This document shows positions 27,371 to 36,030 of a stretch of DNA of 64,000 nucleotides, piece by piece (position 1 is the first letter of the stretch; the number at the start of each line of letters is the position of its first letter). Below the pieces are notes generated by a model that was not told the origin of the DNA, did not search any database, and saw only the letters and a list, made by a program, of their open reading frames with translations. A program made the translations under genes and the position numbers. This DNA is from an uncultured delta proteobacterium (GTDB lineage: Bacteria; Desulfobacterota; Desulfobaccia; Desulfobaccales; 0-14-0-80-60-11), in assembly GCA_963709285.1 (NCBI GenBank), contig CAVPVR010000002.1, positions 1,491 through 65,490 on the forward strand, written 5' to 3'.

Positions 27371-27997
27371 TTACCTACTTCGTTGTAATAACCAGGCCAC
27401 CCAGGTGAAGCTTAGGTCAGGAGGAAGTTCGGGGTGCCAGAAATCGTTGACTCGTCGTTGATTGAGGGACCACCCCAGCTTCCGGTAGTTATCCCGTAAC
27501 AGAAACTCCTGGTTGTCCCGGAAGCCTGAGAGGATGAGGGAGCCCCCAGGAGCGGCTAAGCGGTCAAGCTCCGGCCCCTTGTCCAGTTGCACTTCCCAGG
27601 GAAGGTTAGCCACCACCAGGTCGAAACGGACCTTGACACACTCGGTGGAGCCCTGGACAGTCCTGAGCGAACCGGCCAGCACATTGTCCCGGGCGTTCTC
27701 CCGGGTGACCGCCGCCGCCCGCCGAGCTATATCCAAGCTCACCACCAGAGGAACTCCCAGGGCTGCCGCGGCCAGGCCCAGGACGCCGGCGCCGCAGCCC
27801 ACATCAACCAGGCGGTGGACCGAGCCCGCCGCCAGAGCCTCTTTGAGCAGGTCCAGACAAAGGCGGGTGGTGGGGTGGGTGGGCGGAAAGGCTTCGCCCA
27901 GATTTATCCTCAGGCTAGGTGGAGGAGTCCCGGACTGCTGAGCCTCTTTGAGCGTTACGAGCACAAGGTCAGAGGACACACGGTGAAACATGGGCAC
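27371..27997 (-). CDS. Class I SAM-dependent methyltransferase (PrmA-like, short form)
   Basis: 208 aa. Motif I VDVGCGAGVLGLAAA, then SLDI...DLVVANLP. Confidence 0.7.
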   Translation of the reverse strand: MPMFHRVSSDLVLVTLKEAQQSGTPPPSLRINLGEAFPPTHPTTRLCLDLLKEALAAGSVHRLVDVGCGAGVLGLAAAALGVPLVVSLDIARRAAAVTRENARDNVLAGSLRTVQGSTECVKVRFDLVVANLPWEVQLDKGPELDRLAAPGGSLILSGFRDNQEFLLRDNYRKLGWSLNQRRVNDFWHPELPPDLSFTWVAWLLQRSR

Positions 27998-28018
27998 CGC
28001 ACCCTATCTCGTTTGAAT

Positions 28019-29086
28019 TCAGAACCTTCCTGAGACTAACAGGCCCACTAGGGGCGCCACATCATGTTTGGTTCTATACAGCTCATCCCCGTCCCGGTCA
28101 TCCACATAGAGCTTGTTCAAAAAGGATGCTCCTCCGTAGAGGTCTATCTTCAAAGCCGGGAAGGGCTGGTACGCCAGGCGCACAAAAACCGGGATAGAAT
28201 TGTATTCCCCAATGCCATTCGGGATGGGGCCGTTATAATCGAGACGAAACCGGTATGAGCGATAGGCCCCGCCGATACCGACTTCCCACTGCGGATTCAG
28301 TCGGTAAGACAGTTCCAGGCCCGCGGGGCCGGCCGGGCCGGTGCGGAAGGGGTTGGTGAGCCGGAACCGGTCGCTGAGCTTCAGTTTTATGGCAGGAAAA
28401 GGGAAAACCCTGACCTCTTTGAGGTTGTAATACCCGGCTAGGCCAATACCGAGGACAACTTTCGGACCAAAGGCGTAAGTTACTACCCCGGCGCCACCAT
28501 AAACCAGGGCGTCGCCAAACCTGGCGCCGAACTCACCTGAAAATTGGGTTGCGGGGATGACGATGACCTTCCATTTTTCGTCAAAAGAATAAAATATAGG
28601 GATACTGAACCCCAGGCGCTGCACTTCCTTCCAGGGACGCGGTACGAAAAAGCCGGTCAGCCCGGAAAAGTCGTAGTCATCAAATTCATAAATGAAGTTG
28701 AGCCCGACCCCCAGCTTTTGGTTGATCTGTTTCATGACGTCGGCAGAAAAATAGAGGCTGAACACCCTGAGGGTGCCGCCGCCATCCACGTCGGCCGAAA
28801 ACCGGTAAATCGGCGCCACGGCAAAGGAGAACCTGAGGACTCGAGAGGGCTCGGGATAGCCACCCACTTTGGCGGAGAGAAAGGCAGGGCAGGCCAGGGT
28901 CAAGACCACCCAAACAGCCAGGATAACAGGGAGTTGAGATCTTTTTGAAAAGGTGAAGATCCTGCCGGGCTGGTTGAGAGGTTGCAATTCCCGGCTGGCC
29001 CTGGGCTGGACGGAGGACACGGCGCTCCGGGAAGGAGTCTTTTTTCTAACGTGGATCATAAACACTATTTTCCTTTTCTCTGGCAA
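28019..29086 (-). CDS. Putative outer-membrane beta-barrel protein
   Basis: 355 aa (start uncertain). Signal-like segment, alternating amphipathic strands rich in G/Y/F, C-terminal ...LLVSGRF ending in Phe. Confidence 0.55.
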   Translation of the reverse strand: MPEKRKIVFMIHVRKKTPSRSAVSSVQPRASRELQPLNQPGRIFTFSKRSQLPVILAVWVVLTLACPAFLSAKVGGYPEPSRVLRFSFAVAPIYRFSADVDGGGTLRVFSLYFSADVMKQINQKLGVGLNFIYEFDDYDFSGLTGFFVPRPWKEVQRLGFSIPIFYSFDEKWKVIVIPATQFSGEFGARFGDALVYGGAGVVTYAFGPKVVLGIGLAGYYNLKEVRVFPFPAIKLKLSDRFRLTNPFRTGPAGPAGLELSYRLNPQWEVGIGGAYRSYRFRLDYNGPIPNGIGEYNSIPVFVRLAYQPFPALKIDLYGGASFLNKLYVDDRDGDELYRTKHDVAPLVGLLVSGRF

Positions 29087-29192
29087 TCAAGCCATTGTCT
29101 TACCAGATCAAGAATTACGGCAAACACGAAGACTCCGATACCCTTTTTAACATCTCGGGGCGCTGGTGGGAAGGTCTTGCGGGGTTTTGTTA

Positions 29193-29375
29193 GAAATATC
29201 CACACAAAGATATTAGGCCGGGGAGAACATCAACTGGGTGGCCTGCATGCTGGGGCACCAGAGCCCGGTGATGACCCTGGAAAAGTATAACAGCTTCGTG
29301 CCGAATCTGACCCGTGAGGACGGCAAGGCGGTCTTGCAGGCAGGAGAAAAAGCGAAACGTTTCGCTATGGTTTGA
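29193..29375 (+). pseudogene. C-terminal fragment of a tyrosine recombinase/phage-type integrase
   Basis: Open frame from 29193, with no start codon and only 60 codons: KYPHKDIRPGENINWVACMLGHQSPVMTLEKYNSFVPNLTREDGKAVLQ... It contains the LGHxS-x2-MT-x3-Y catalytic-Tyr box. It lies 39 nt from the 3' end of tRNA-Glu. Confidence 0.6.
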
Positions 29376-29413
29376 AAAAAGATGGAGAAATATCAGTAAG
29401 TTAAATGCAAAAT

Positions 29414-29489
29414 TGGTAGTCCCAACGGGACTCGAACCCGTGTCTCTGCCTTGAGAGGGCAGTATCCTAGGCCACTAGACGATGGGACC
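29414..29489 (-). tRNA. tRNA-Glu (anticodon CUC)
   Basis: Reverse complement GGTCCCATCGTCTAGTGGCCTAGGATACTGCCCTCTCAAGGCAGAGACACGGGTTCGAGTCCCGTTGGGACTACCA. Anticodon arm CTGCC-CTCTCAA-GGCAG, T arm ACGGG-TTCGAGT-CCCGT, encoded CCA. Confidence 0.9.
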
Positions 29490-29550
29490 CTAAAAAAATT
29501 TATCTGAGTTGCCGAACCCTGTCAATGGGGTAAGAGTGGCCCGAGGGATT

Positions 29551-30225
29551 TTAGCACCGCTTTCCTTTTCTTTCCCCAGGCGTATTGGAACCCTGCCGCA
29601 GTGCCGCCCAGGCCTCCAGCCGGGCCAAATCCTCCGGTTGATTGAGGTTGAGGAAGCTGGCTCCCTCGGCATCGAAAGTTTTCCACATCTCGGGCCCCCA
29701 GACCTGGGGTCGGAGACGCTCCAGAAAAGCAATGAAACTCCGATCCTTTTGGAGAAATTCCTGAACGCGAGACAGAAGCCGCACCGCATACAACCCTGGG
29801 AAGGGCTCTAATCCTCGCTCCGACCGGCAAACCAAGGCCGGGCGGGAAATCTTCCCGGCAGCGCCGGCCAGGGCCGCGGCCAGGTCGTGAGTAAGAAAGG
29901 GAGCATCCGCCGAGGCCAGCAGCACCCAGGGAGTGCGGGCATAGAACAGGGCCGTGGCCAGGCCGCCCACCGGTCCCTGAAAGGGCACCAGGTCGGTGAC
30001 CAGGGGGAGGCCCAGGGACACATGCGACTGGGGGTGGTTGGTAACCAGCCAGAGGTCTATCACCACTGGCATCAGGGCCTCGGCCACCCAGTGGGCCAGG
30101 GGCTTGTCGCCCAGTTTCAGGGTCACTTTGTCCTGTCCCAGGCGGCGGCTTGAACCTCCGGCCAGGATGGCCCCGGTGACGCCCGGAGAGCGGGTGGCGG
30201 CATCAGTCTCGGCTGAGGTAGTCAT
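29551..30225 (-). CDS. mobA: Molybdenum cofactor guanylyltransferase
   Basis: ORF 29551..30297; likely start at 30225 (MTTSAETD...). GAILAGGSSRRLGQDK and FQGPVGGL motifs. Confidence 0.85.
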   Translation of the reverse strand: MTTSAETDAATRSPGVTGAILAGGSSRRLGQDKVTLKLGDKPLAHWVAEALMPVVIDLWLVTNHPQSHVSLGLPLVTDLVPFQGPVGGLATALFYARTPWVLLASADAPFLTHDLAAALAGAAGKISRPALVCRSERGLEPFPGLYAVRLLSRVQEFLQKDRSFIAFLERLRPQVWGPEMWKTFDAEGASFLNLNQPEDLARLEAWAALRQGSNTPGERKGKRC

Positions 30226-30745
30226 AAAGCCAGCGGCCCAACTCTTCAACCTGATGAGGCAGAAAGACCGGCAGCGGGGTGTCCACCGGCCTCTCACTGA
30301 CCAGGGCGATGAGGTGCGGGTAAGCGGGCGTCTCCTCCCCGGTTCCCGGCTCCAGAAGCGCCACTTTGGGGAGGGGCCCGGTTTTATAGCCCTCCACCAG
30401 GACCAGGTCGGCCTTAACCGCCAGGTCTGCCAGGACCTGTTCCAGGGGCGGCTCTCCGGAAAAACTGTGGGTAATTTGTAACAGCCCCGGGGCGGCTAAG
30501 GCCACAGTCTGGGCTCCGGCCTGACGGTAGCGCCAGGTATCCTTGCCCTGCTCCCCGAGGTCCAGGTCAGGGTGATGGCTGTGCTTGAGCACGGCCACCC
30601 GGAGGCCCTGGGCCTCCAGCCTGGGGAGCAGGCGGCAAATGAGCTCGGTCTTGCCGGAGTTGGACAAACCCACGAAAGCAACGGCTTTGGGCGAAGCAGG
30701 GGCATTATCAGGCTGAGTTGCGGTGGGCTCAGGAGATGAGGTCAT
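30203..30745 (-). CDS. mobB: Molybdopterin-guanine dinucleotide biosynthesis adaptor protein
   Basis: 180 aa. P-loop FVGLSNSGKTEL and RVAVLKHSHH. Confidence 0.85.
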   Translation of the reverse strand: MTSSPEPTATQPDNAPASPKAVAFVGLSNSGKTELICRLLPRLEAQGLRVAVLKHSHHPDLDLGEQGKDTWRYRQAGAQTVALAAPGLLQITHSFSGEPPLEQVLADLAVKADLVLVEGYKTGPLPKVALLEPGTGEETPAYPHLIALVSERPVDTPLPVFLPHQVEELGRWLYDYLSRD

Positions 30746-31188
30746 TCTGCAGGGGGGACTTTTACCAGGATCTTTTCCATTTTCAGGTGCCGGTTGAGAA
30801 ATACGGCGCAGCGCTCACAGGGGCCGTTGCACAGAGTTTCCTTGTACTCCCGCACTTCGTAACAGGGCCGCCAGGGCAGTTGGAAGGCCGGGCACTTTTC
30901 CTTGTCCTGGCAGTCGAAGATGTTCCAACAAGGGGCCAGCACCATGAGGTTGCGCAGGCAAGCCAGGGTAAAGCCCCGCTGGTGGATGAGATGATTGATT
31001 TGCTGAATCTGTTTAACGTCAAAGGGTGAGTAGAGGCGGTTATTGGTATTCTTTTCCCGCACGGGTTTGATGAATCCCTCTTTCTCGTATTCCCGGATGC
31101 GTTTCTGGGAGAGATTCACCACACGGGAGACGTCATTGATGAGGTAGAGATCTCGCAGGCGGACCTGCTTGTTTTTTCCTCGGGGCAT
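30742..31188 (-). CDS. MerR-family transcriptional regulator with a Cys-rich C-terminal domain
   Basis: 148 aa. N-terminal HTH (YLINDVSRVVNLSQKRIREYEKEGFIKP). C-terminus has 8 Cys (CLRN...PCWNIFDCQDKEKCPAF...PCYEV...LCNGPCERCAVF). The stop overlaps the mobB start (ATGA). Confidence 0.8.
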   Translation of the reverse strand: MPRGKNKQVRLRDLYLINDVSRVVNLSQKRIREYEKEGFIKPVREKNTNNRLYSPFDVKQIQQINHLIHQRGFTLACLRNLMVLAPCWNIFDCQDKEKCPAFQLPWRPCYEVREYKETLCNGPCERCAVFLNRHLKMEKILVKVPPAE

Positions 31189-31369
31189 TGTCTGTTCTAA
31201 AAGAAAAAAGGTTTAAACATACACTACCCAAAACAACCTAAAATTTCAAGCAAAAAGACTATCCTAACCAGCGACTTTGATCTTGGTTAACACCAGTGAT
31301 GAGGGCTTTTCCTGTTGACCGAAACCACAAGCGAAGTGTTGCCGCGGGGGCAGGGAAGACGAGGGGGGT

Positions 31370-32431
31370 TTAGGACTCAGGTTCCGGTTCTTGGCTCAGC
31401 TCTTTCCACCTCTCTCGCACCCGGGCCAGGCGCTCCTCTTGTTCCGGACCCGGCCAACAGGTCTTCACCAGGCCTGCCACCCAGTCCTGCACTTCTTTTT
31501 GCTCGGGGGGCTCCAGGTCAGCCAAGGTGCTTTCCCGCCGCCGGGGTCGGGACACCTTCTTGAGGAGAGCCACTTTTTCCTGATCTTCCAACCCCTTGGT
31601 TTTGAGAATGGATTTTAGGAGGTTGGCGGCTACCTCTGCTGGCAGATCCCCATTTTCCCCCAAGGCCAGGTTGATCATTTCCTGCACCCCCACCTGGTAG
31701 CGCCGGAACAGGTGTAAGTTGGGGGAGCGCCGGCTGTAAAGGCGAATGGACTCCTCCCCCACCACGGTGACCACCTTGGCCAGGAAGGTGCGGGCCAAAA
31801 ATTCCCGGCCGCCGGTGTAAGCCGCCCTTCTCCCCCAGTAATAAGGGTTGACGATGTTCACCGCGCCCCAGGCCCAGCGGGCCGCCCGGTACATGTGGTG
31901 CCGCTTCAGGAACTGGTGGACCGGATGGTTTTTGACCTTCTGGTAGGTGTCGTGGAGGAGCATGACCGTGGACAGTTCCATGTCCCTCAGGGGGCGGAAG
32001 GGGACGGTCTCCAGCCAGGCGGTGAGGCGCACTCCAACCCGGCGGTACAGGGCCACCAGATCGGCCAGAGAGGCCTTCAGTTCCGGCCGCTCTTCTTCCG
32101 GGTAGTAAATCCGGGCGATTTCCGCCACCAGGGTCTGGGAGAGCTCGTTGATTTCCCGGAAGCTGAACCTGGTATCCGGCCACAGTTTATAGAGATATCG
32201 ACGGCGGTATTCCCTCAGGAGACGCAGGGCCTCCTGATCCTGAGGCTGGGGATCGGGCAGACGGATCTCCAGGTCTTCAAGCCTGGCCTCCTCCTGGTTC
32301 AGGGCAGCACTGAGACGCTTCAGAGTCAAATAACGCACCAGGAGCAGGGAGGAACCCCAGAGGGCGGCCATCCCCAAAAGGACCCAGACCCACCAATAAT
32401 CACGAAAGAAATGCAGGATTGACGTTATCAT
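31370..32431 (-). CDS. Membrane-anchored hypothetical protein
   Basis: 353 aa. One N-terminal TM helix (YWWVWVLLGMAALWGSSLLLV), then a charged helical region. No family recognised. Confidence 0.55.
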   Translation of the reverse strand: MITSILHFFRDYWWVWVLLGMAALWGSSLLLVRYLTLKRLSAALNQEEARLEDLEIRLPDPQPQDQEALRLLREYRRRYLYKLWPDTRFSFREINELSQTLVAEIARIYYPEEERPELKASLADLVALYRRVGVRLTAWLETVPFRPLRDMELSTVMLLHDTYQKVKNHPVHQFLKRHHMYRAARWAWGAVNIVNPYYWGRRAAYTGGREFLARTFLAKVVTVVGEESIRLYSRRSPNLHLFRRYQVGVQEMINLALGENGDLPAEVAANLLKSILKTKGLEDQEKVALLKKVSRPRRRESTLADLEPPEQKEVQDWVAGLVKTCWPGPEQEERLARVRERWKELSQEPEPES

Positions 32432-32454
32432 GGACCGTGGTCGTTAGTTTTTTT

Positions 32455-32634
32455 GTGGGGGGAGGGCCAGGGAGCGCGGCTCCCTCCCCTCCCCCCACAC
32501 CCCCCTCCCAACCCGCAGAGGGGCTGGCAAGGCGGGGCTTCACCCCGACTTACCAGCATGCTTCTGTTCCCTTAAGGGGTTGGGGGAGGGGGCAGGGGTC
32601 TTTGACCCCTGGCCCCCTCTCCCGGTTCCTCTCG
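32455..32634. repeat. Composite G/C-tract repeat cluster
   Basis: tgtggggggagggccagggagcgcggctccctcccctcccccc ... cttaaggggttgggggagggggcaggggtctttgacccctggccccctctcccgg. It overlaps the 3' end of the ABC ATPase ORF. Confidence 0.7.
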
Positions 32635-33400
32635 GCAAGAAATGCACGGCCGGGCGCCCGGTGGCCGGGTGGGGCTCCACCAGGACCGGAGTTTCATACA
32701 CCGTCTCCAGCACCTCCGGCCGGCAGGCGGCAAAGGTGTGGTCATCCCGGTAAATGCCTTGATCTTTTAAAAAAATCAGGCGCTCACAGTACTGGGTGGC
32801 CAGGTTGACGTCGTGCATCACGGCCAGGACGGTGAGGCCCCGGGTGCGGTTGAGGTCCGTCAGCAGATCGAAGACCTCGAGTTTGCGGCGCACATCCAGG
32901 GAGGAGGTGGCTTCATCCAAAAAGAGAATGGGGGTGTCTTGGGCCAGGGCTCGGGCCAGGACCACCAACTGGCGTTCGCCGCCGGACACCTGGGTAATGA
33001 GGCGGGAGGCCAGTTCCGTGGTTTGGGTTTCGGCCATGGCCTGGTGCACCGCGTCCAGGTCCGCCGGGGAATCACCTTGAAAGCGCTGGCGGTAAGGGTA
33101 GCGCCCCATGAGCACTACCTCCAAGCAGGTGAAGGGGAAGCTGACCCAGGTAAACTGGGGCACCACGGCCACCTGGCGGGCCAGGGCCCGGGGACGCCAG
33201 GCCTCTAAAGAGGTGCCGTTATACCACACCTCTCCGGAGCGTAACGGCACCAGACCCGTCAGGGCGTTCAGTAGGGTGCTCTTGCCGGAGCCGTTGGGAC
33301 CGAGGAGGCCCACAAATTCTCCGGTGGCCACCTGGAAGTTCAGGTTTTCCAGGATGACCCGGTCGCCATAGGCCACGGTGAGGTTTTCGACGCGAATCAT
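32540..33400 (-). CDS. ABC transporter ATP-binding protein (FepC/FecE/BtuD-type iron-chelate or cobalamin importer)
   Basis: 286 aa. Walker A GPNGSGKST, signature VSGGERQ, Walker B ILFLDEATS. The last ~30 codons run into a G/C-rich repeat. Confidence 0.9.
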   Translation of the reverse strand: MIRVENLTVAYGDRVILENLNFQVATGEFVGLLGPNGSGKSTLLNALTGLVPLRSGEVWYNGTSLEAWRPRALARQVAVVPQFTWVSFPFTCLEVVLMGRYPYRQRFQGDSPADLDAVHQAMAETQTTELASRLITQVSGGERQLVVLARALAQDTPILFLDEATSSLDVRRKLEVFDLLTDLNRTRGLTVLAVMHDVNLATQYCERLIFLKDQGIYRDDHTFAACRPEVLETVYETPVLVEPHPATGRPAVHFLPRGTGRGGQGSKTPAPSPNPLREQKHAGKSG

Positions 33401-33483
33401 AGGAATTGGTTAGTAATGATTGACTAGTTTTTACTGGTAATAATTCAAAAGTTGTTTTTTGAAATGCCTTTAGAGAATAATAA

Positions 33484-33897
33484 TTAATACCCCGTAGTTC
33501 GTGAAATAAACAGCCACATAAATGGAAATGATATAATTCCAACAACTGTTATTGATAAACATGTCCAGGGATATTTTTTCCAATAATCATGATACTTATC
33601 AAAAATATCTAATAATTTTGGCGGTGATTCCCTTGCTATAATATTTCTAGCTGTAGTCACAATTATTGCAATTAAAAAGATTAAACCAATAGGAACAAAA
33701 AAAGCATGTAAAAGGCCAATCGTAAAAATGTATATAAAACGTTTCCATAGAGGACCTTGTTCAAAAGTTTCTCTACTCTCACGAATTTCATCAAAACATA
33801 ATTTCAATGCGCAATAATTACCAAGAATAAAACTGAGAATAAAGCCAATGACAAATGTTAATTCCCCAATATATTTTATCATGGCAAAATTCCCCAA
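33484..33897 (-). CDS. Orphan small membrane protein in an AT-rich insert
   Basis: 137 aa with 3-4 TM helices (ELTFVIGFILSFILGNYCAL; FIYIFTIGLLHAFFVPIGLIFLIAIIV; CLSITVVGIISFPFMWLFI). Same strand as the flanking operon. Base composition is sharply different from its neighbours. Confidence 0.45.
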   Translation of the reverse strand: MGNFAMIKYIGELTFVIGFILSFILGNYCALKLCFDEIRESRETFEQGPLWKRFIYIFTIGLLHAFFVPIGLIFLIAIIVTTARNIIARESPPKLLDIFDKYHDYWKKYPWTCLSITVVGIISFPFMWLFISRTTGY

Positions 33898-33954
33898 AAA
33901 TTAATAATAATTACAGTAATAAGATCTTTGAGGCTTGATTGCTGTAATCTTACA

Positions 33955-35043
33955 CTATACCAGTGTCTGGCCTTTAGTAACTTTCAAGAGATAGCAGAAA
34001 AAGGGACCCCCCAGGAGGGCGGTGATAATTCCCACCGGCAGTTCCTGGCCATAAGGCAGGATGACCCGGGCCAGAGTGTCGGCGGCTATGAGGAGCACGG
34101 CCCCGGCCAGGCCTGCGACTGGCAGAAGGCGCCGGTGGTCAGGCCCCACCAACAGGCGCGCTACATGGGGAACAATGAGGCCCACGAAACCAATGATGCC
34201 GGACACCGCTACCGCGCCGGCGGTGATGAGGGAAGCGGCTAAAAGCAGGGTGAGGCGCACCCGGCTCACTGCCAGGCCCAGTTGCTGGGCCGGGGCGTCC
34301 CCCAGGGTGAGGAGGTTAAGTTCCCGGGAATAGAGCAAGAGAACGAGGCTGCCCACCAGAATATAGGGAAAGGCAAAGAACACGTGGGACCAGCCCCGGG
34401 CCGACAGGCTCCCCATGATCCAGAAAACGATGGTTGAGAGGCTGTCGGCGTAAAGGAACTTCACCAGACTGATAAGGGACGAGAGGAAAGCGCTGACAAT
34501 GACCCCGGCCAGGATCAGGGTGCCGTGCTGGATGCCCCCGGCCATGGCCCCTAGGGCCAAGACCAGGACCAGGGCCGCCACTGCGCCCAGGAGGGCCATC
34601 AGGGGCACCAGACCCAGGGACCCTAGAAGCACCCCGCTCAAACCCAGACTCAAGGCCAGAGAGGCCCCGAAGGCCGCGCCCGCGGCCACCCCCAGGGTAA
34701 AGGGTTCGGCCAGGGGGTTCAGCAGGATGCCTTGAAAGGCCGCACCCGCCAGGCTGAGCCCCAGCCCCACCAGGCCGGCGAGGACAATGCGGGCTATCCT
34801 AATATGGAAAATTACCGCCAGGGCCGTGGCTTCGGCCGGGTTCAGGGTATCCCCTGCGGCCCAACGCTTTACCAGGCTGAACAGGTGGCCATAACTCAAC
34901 TTATAGGGCCCCACCCCGGCGGCATAGACCGCCATAATCACCAGGAGCACGGTAAGTCCGGCCAAGAGAAGAGGATAGCTCCAGCCCCGGAGCAGCCAGG
35001 GCTGCAGGGTATGACTCTCACCGTGCGGTAAATTTTCACTCAT
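33955..35043 (-). CDS. FecCD/BtuC-family ABC transporter permease
   Basis: ORF 33955..35295; likely start ATG at 35043 (MSENLPHGESH...). Typical FecCD sequence (RIARIVLAGLVGLGLSLAGAAFQGILLNPLAEPFTLGV...GIIGFVGLIVPHVARLLVG). Confidence 0.9.
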   Translation of the reverse strand: MSENLPHGESHTLQPWLLRGWSYPLLLAGLTVLLVIMAVYAAGVGPYKLSYGHLFSLVKRWAAGDTLNPAEATALAVIFHIRIARIVLAGLVGLGLSLAGAAFQGILLNPLAEPFTLGVAAGAAFGASLALSLGLSGVLLGSLGLVPLMALLGAVAALVLVLALGAMAGGIQHGTLILAGVIVSAFLSSLISLVKFLYADSLSTIVFWIMGSLSARGWSHVFFAFPYILVGSLVLLLYSRELNLLTLGDAPAQQLGLAVSRVRLTLLLAASLITAGAVAVSGIIGFVGLIVPHVARLLVGPDHRRLLPVAGLAGAVLLIAADTLARVILPYGQELPVGIITALLGGPFFCYLLKVTKGQTLV

Positions 35044-35158
35044 GATCACCCAAGGTTTTCCCTTCCGGGGCAAGGGAATATCTGCCAGGGAAGGCACCTT
35101 CCCTGGACTTTTGACCATATCATATTGAAATGCCGTGAGGAAATACGGAAAAGCGCAG

Positions 35159-35953
35159 TTAGGCCCTGACCACCGCCAGGGATCGGCCTTTTCCCATTCC
35201 CAGCCGGCGGGCTGCATTTCCCTGGGCGCAGGCAATTTCCAGATACCCGTGGCTCCCCACCAGGGCCAGAAACTCCTTGGGGGCGGCATCGCCATAGGTG
35301 CGGGTCAGGCCCTTCAAGGTCAGACTGCCCAGGATTACCGCGTAGGTCTCCTCTCCCAGCCAAGCCATGAGGTCGCTTCCCCTGATGTTACTCACCAGGT
35401 TGCCGAAGCCATCCACATAGACAATCTCGCCCCGAACAGCCTCGGGGGTGTAGATGGATTGCGGCCAGGGAAGGGCTACGGGGTCGGAGAGCGGAGAACC
35501 GAAGGCGTCCAGGGGCGTGCCGTGGGAAAGGTACGCGGCCACGGGGGCGAAGATATCCCGGCCGTGAAAGGTGGAGGATACGGATTCCCGAAAATAATGG
35601 GGATTTTCCAGAGAAACGATGTCCGGGGCGCCGCTCTCCAGGAAAACCAGGTGAAAGAGGCCGTTGTCCGGGCCCACCCAGAACTGCCCCCGGGCTCTGG
35701 CAACCAAGGCCCGGCGCTGAGTGCCTACCCCCGGGTCCACCACCGCCAGGTGAATGGTCCTGGGTGGGAAATAGGGCGCGGCCCCAGCCAAGAGAAAGGC
35801 GCCGGCGACAATGTCCTGAGGCGGCACCTCATGGGTCAGGTCCACCAGGATGGCCTCAGGTTGTATGGACAATATCACCCCTTTCATGGCCGCCACATAG
35901 GGGTCGCGGGTGCCGAAATCACTAAGCAGCGTAATAATGGGCCGTGTGGTCAT
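35159..35953 (-). CDS. SAM hydroxide adenosyltransferase / SAM-dependent halogenase-like protein (DUF62)
   Basis: 264 aa. ITLLSDFGTRDPYVAAMKGVI...VDLTHEVPPQDI...AVVDPGVG...FHGRDIFAPVAA. Confidence 0.85.
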   Translation of the reverse strand: MTTRPIITLLSDFGTRDPYVAAMKGVILSIQPEAILVDLTHEVPPQDIVAGAFLLAGAAPYFPPRTIHLAVVDPGVGTQRRALVARARGQFWVGPDNGLFHLVFLESGAPDIVSLENPHYFRESVSSTFHGRDIFAPVAAYLSHGTPLDAFGSPLSDPVALPWPQSIYTPEAVRGEIVYVDGFGNLVSNIRGSDLMAWLGEETYAVILGSLTLKGLTRTYGDAAPKEFLALVGSHGYLEIACAQGNAARRLGMGKGRSLAVVRA

Positions 35954-35985
35954 TTTGGTTAAGAGAAGGTTTTGGTAGAGAGTTT

Positions 35986-36025
35986 TTGAGGGAGGGACTA
36001 AAGGCCCTGGTCCTCCCCCCGCAAA
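35986..36025. repeat. G/C-tract palindromic repeat, short copy
   Basis: ttgagggagggactaaaggccctggtcctccccccgcaaa. Confidence 0.5.
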
Positions 36026-36030
36026 TATAG

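Noticed and set aside
35044-35158. Cobalamin (or other) riboswitch upstream of the FecCD/FepC-type ABC genes.
   Set aside because: The 115-nt gap contains only two simple hairpins (cagggaagg-tgc-cttccctg and cccttgccccggaaggg). It is too short and lacks the B12-box-like conserved core. The region upstream of the DUF62 gene is only ~77 nt and is occupied by a repeat.
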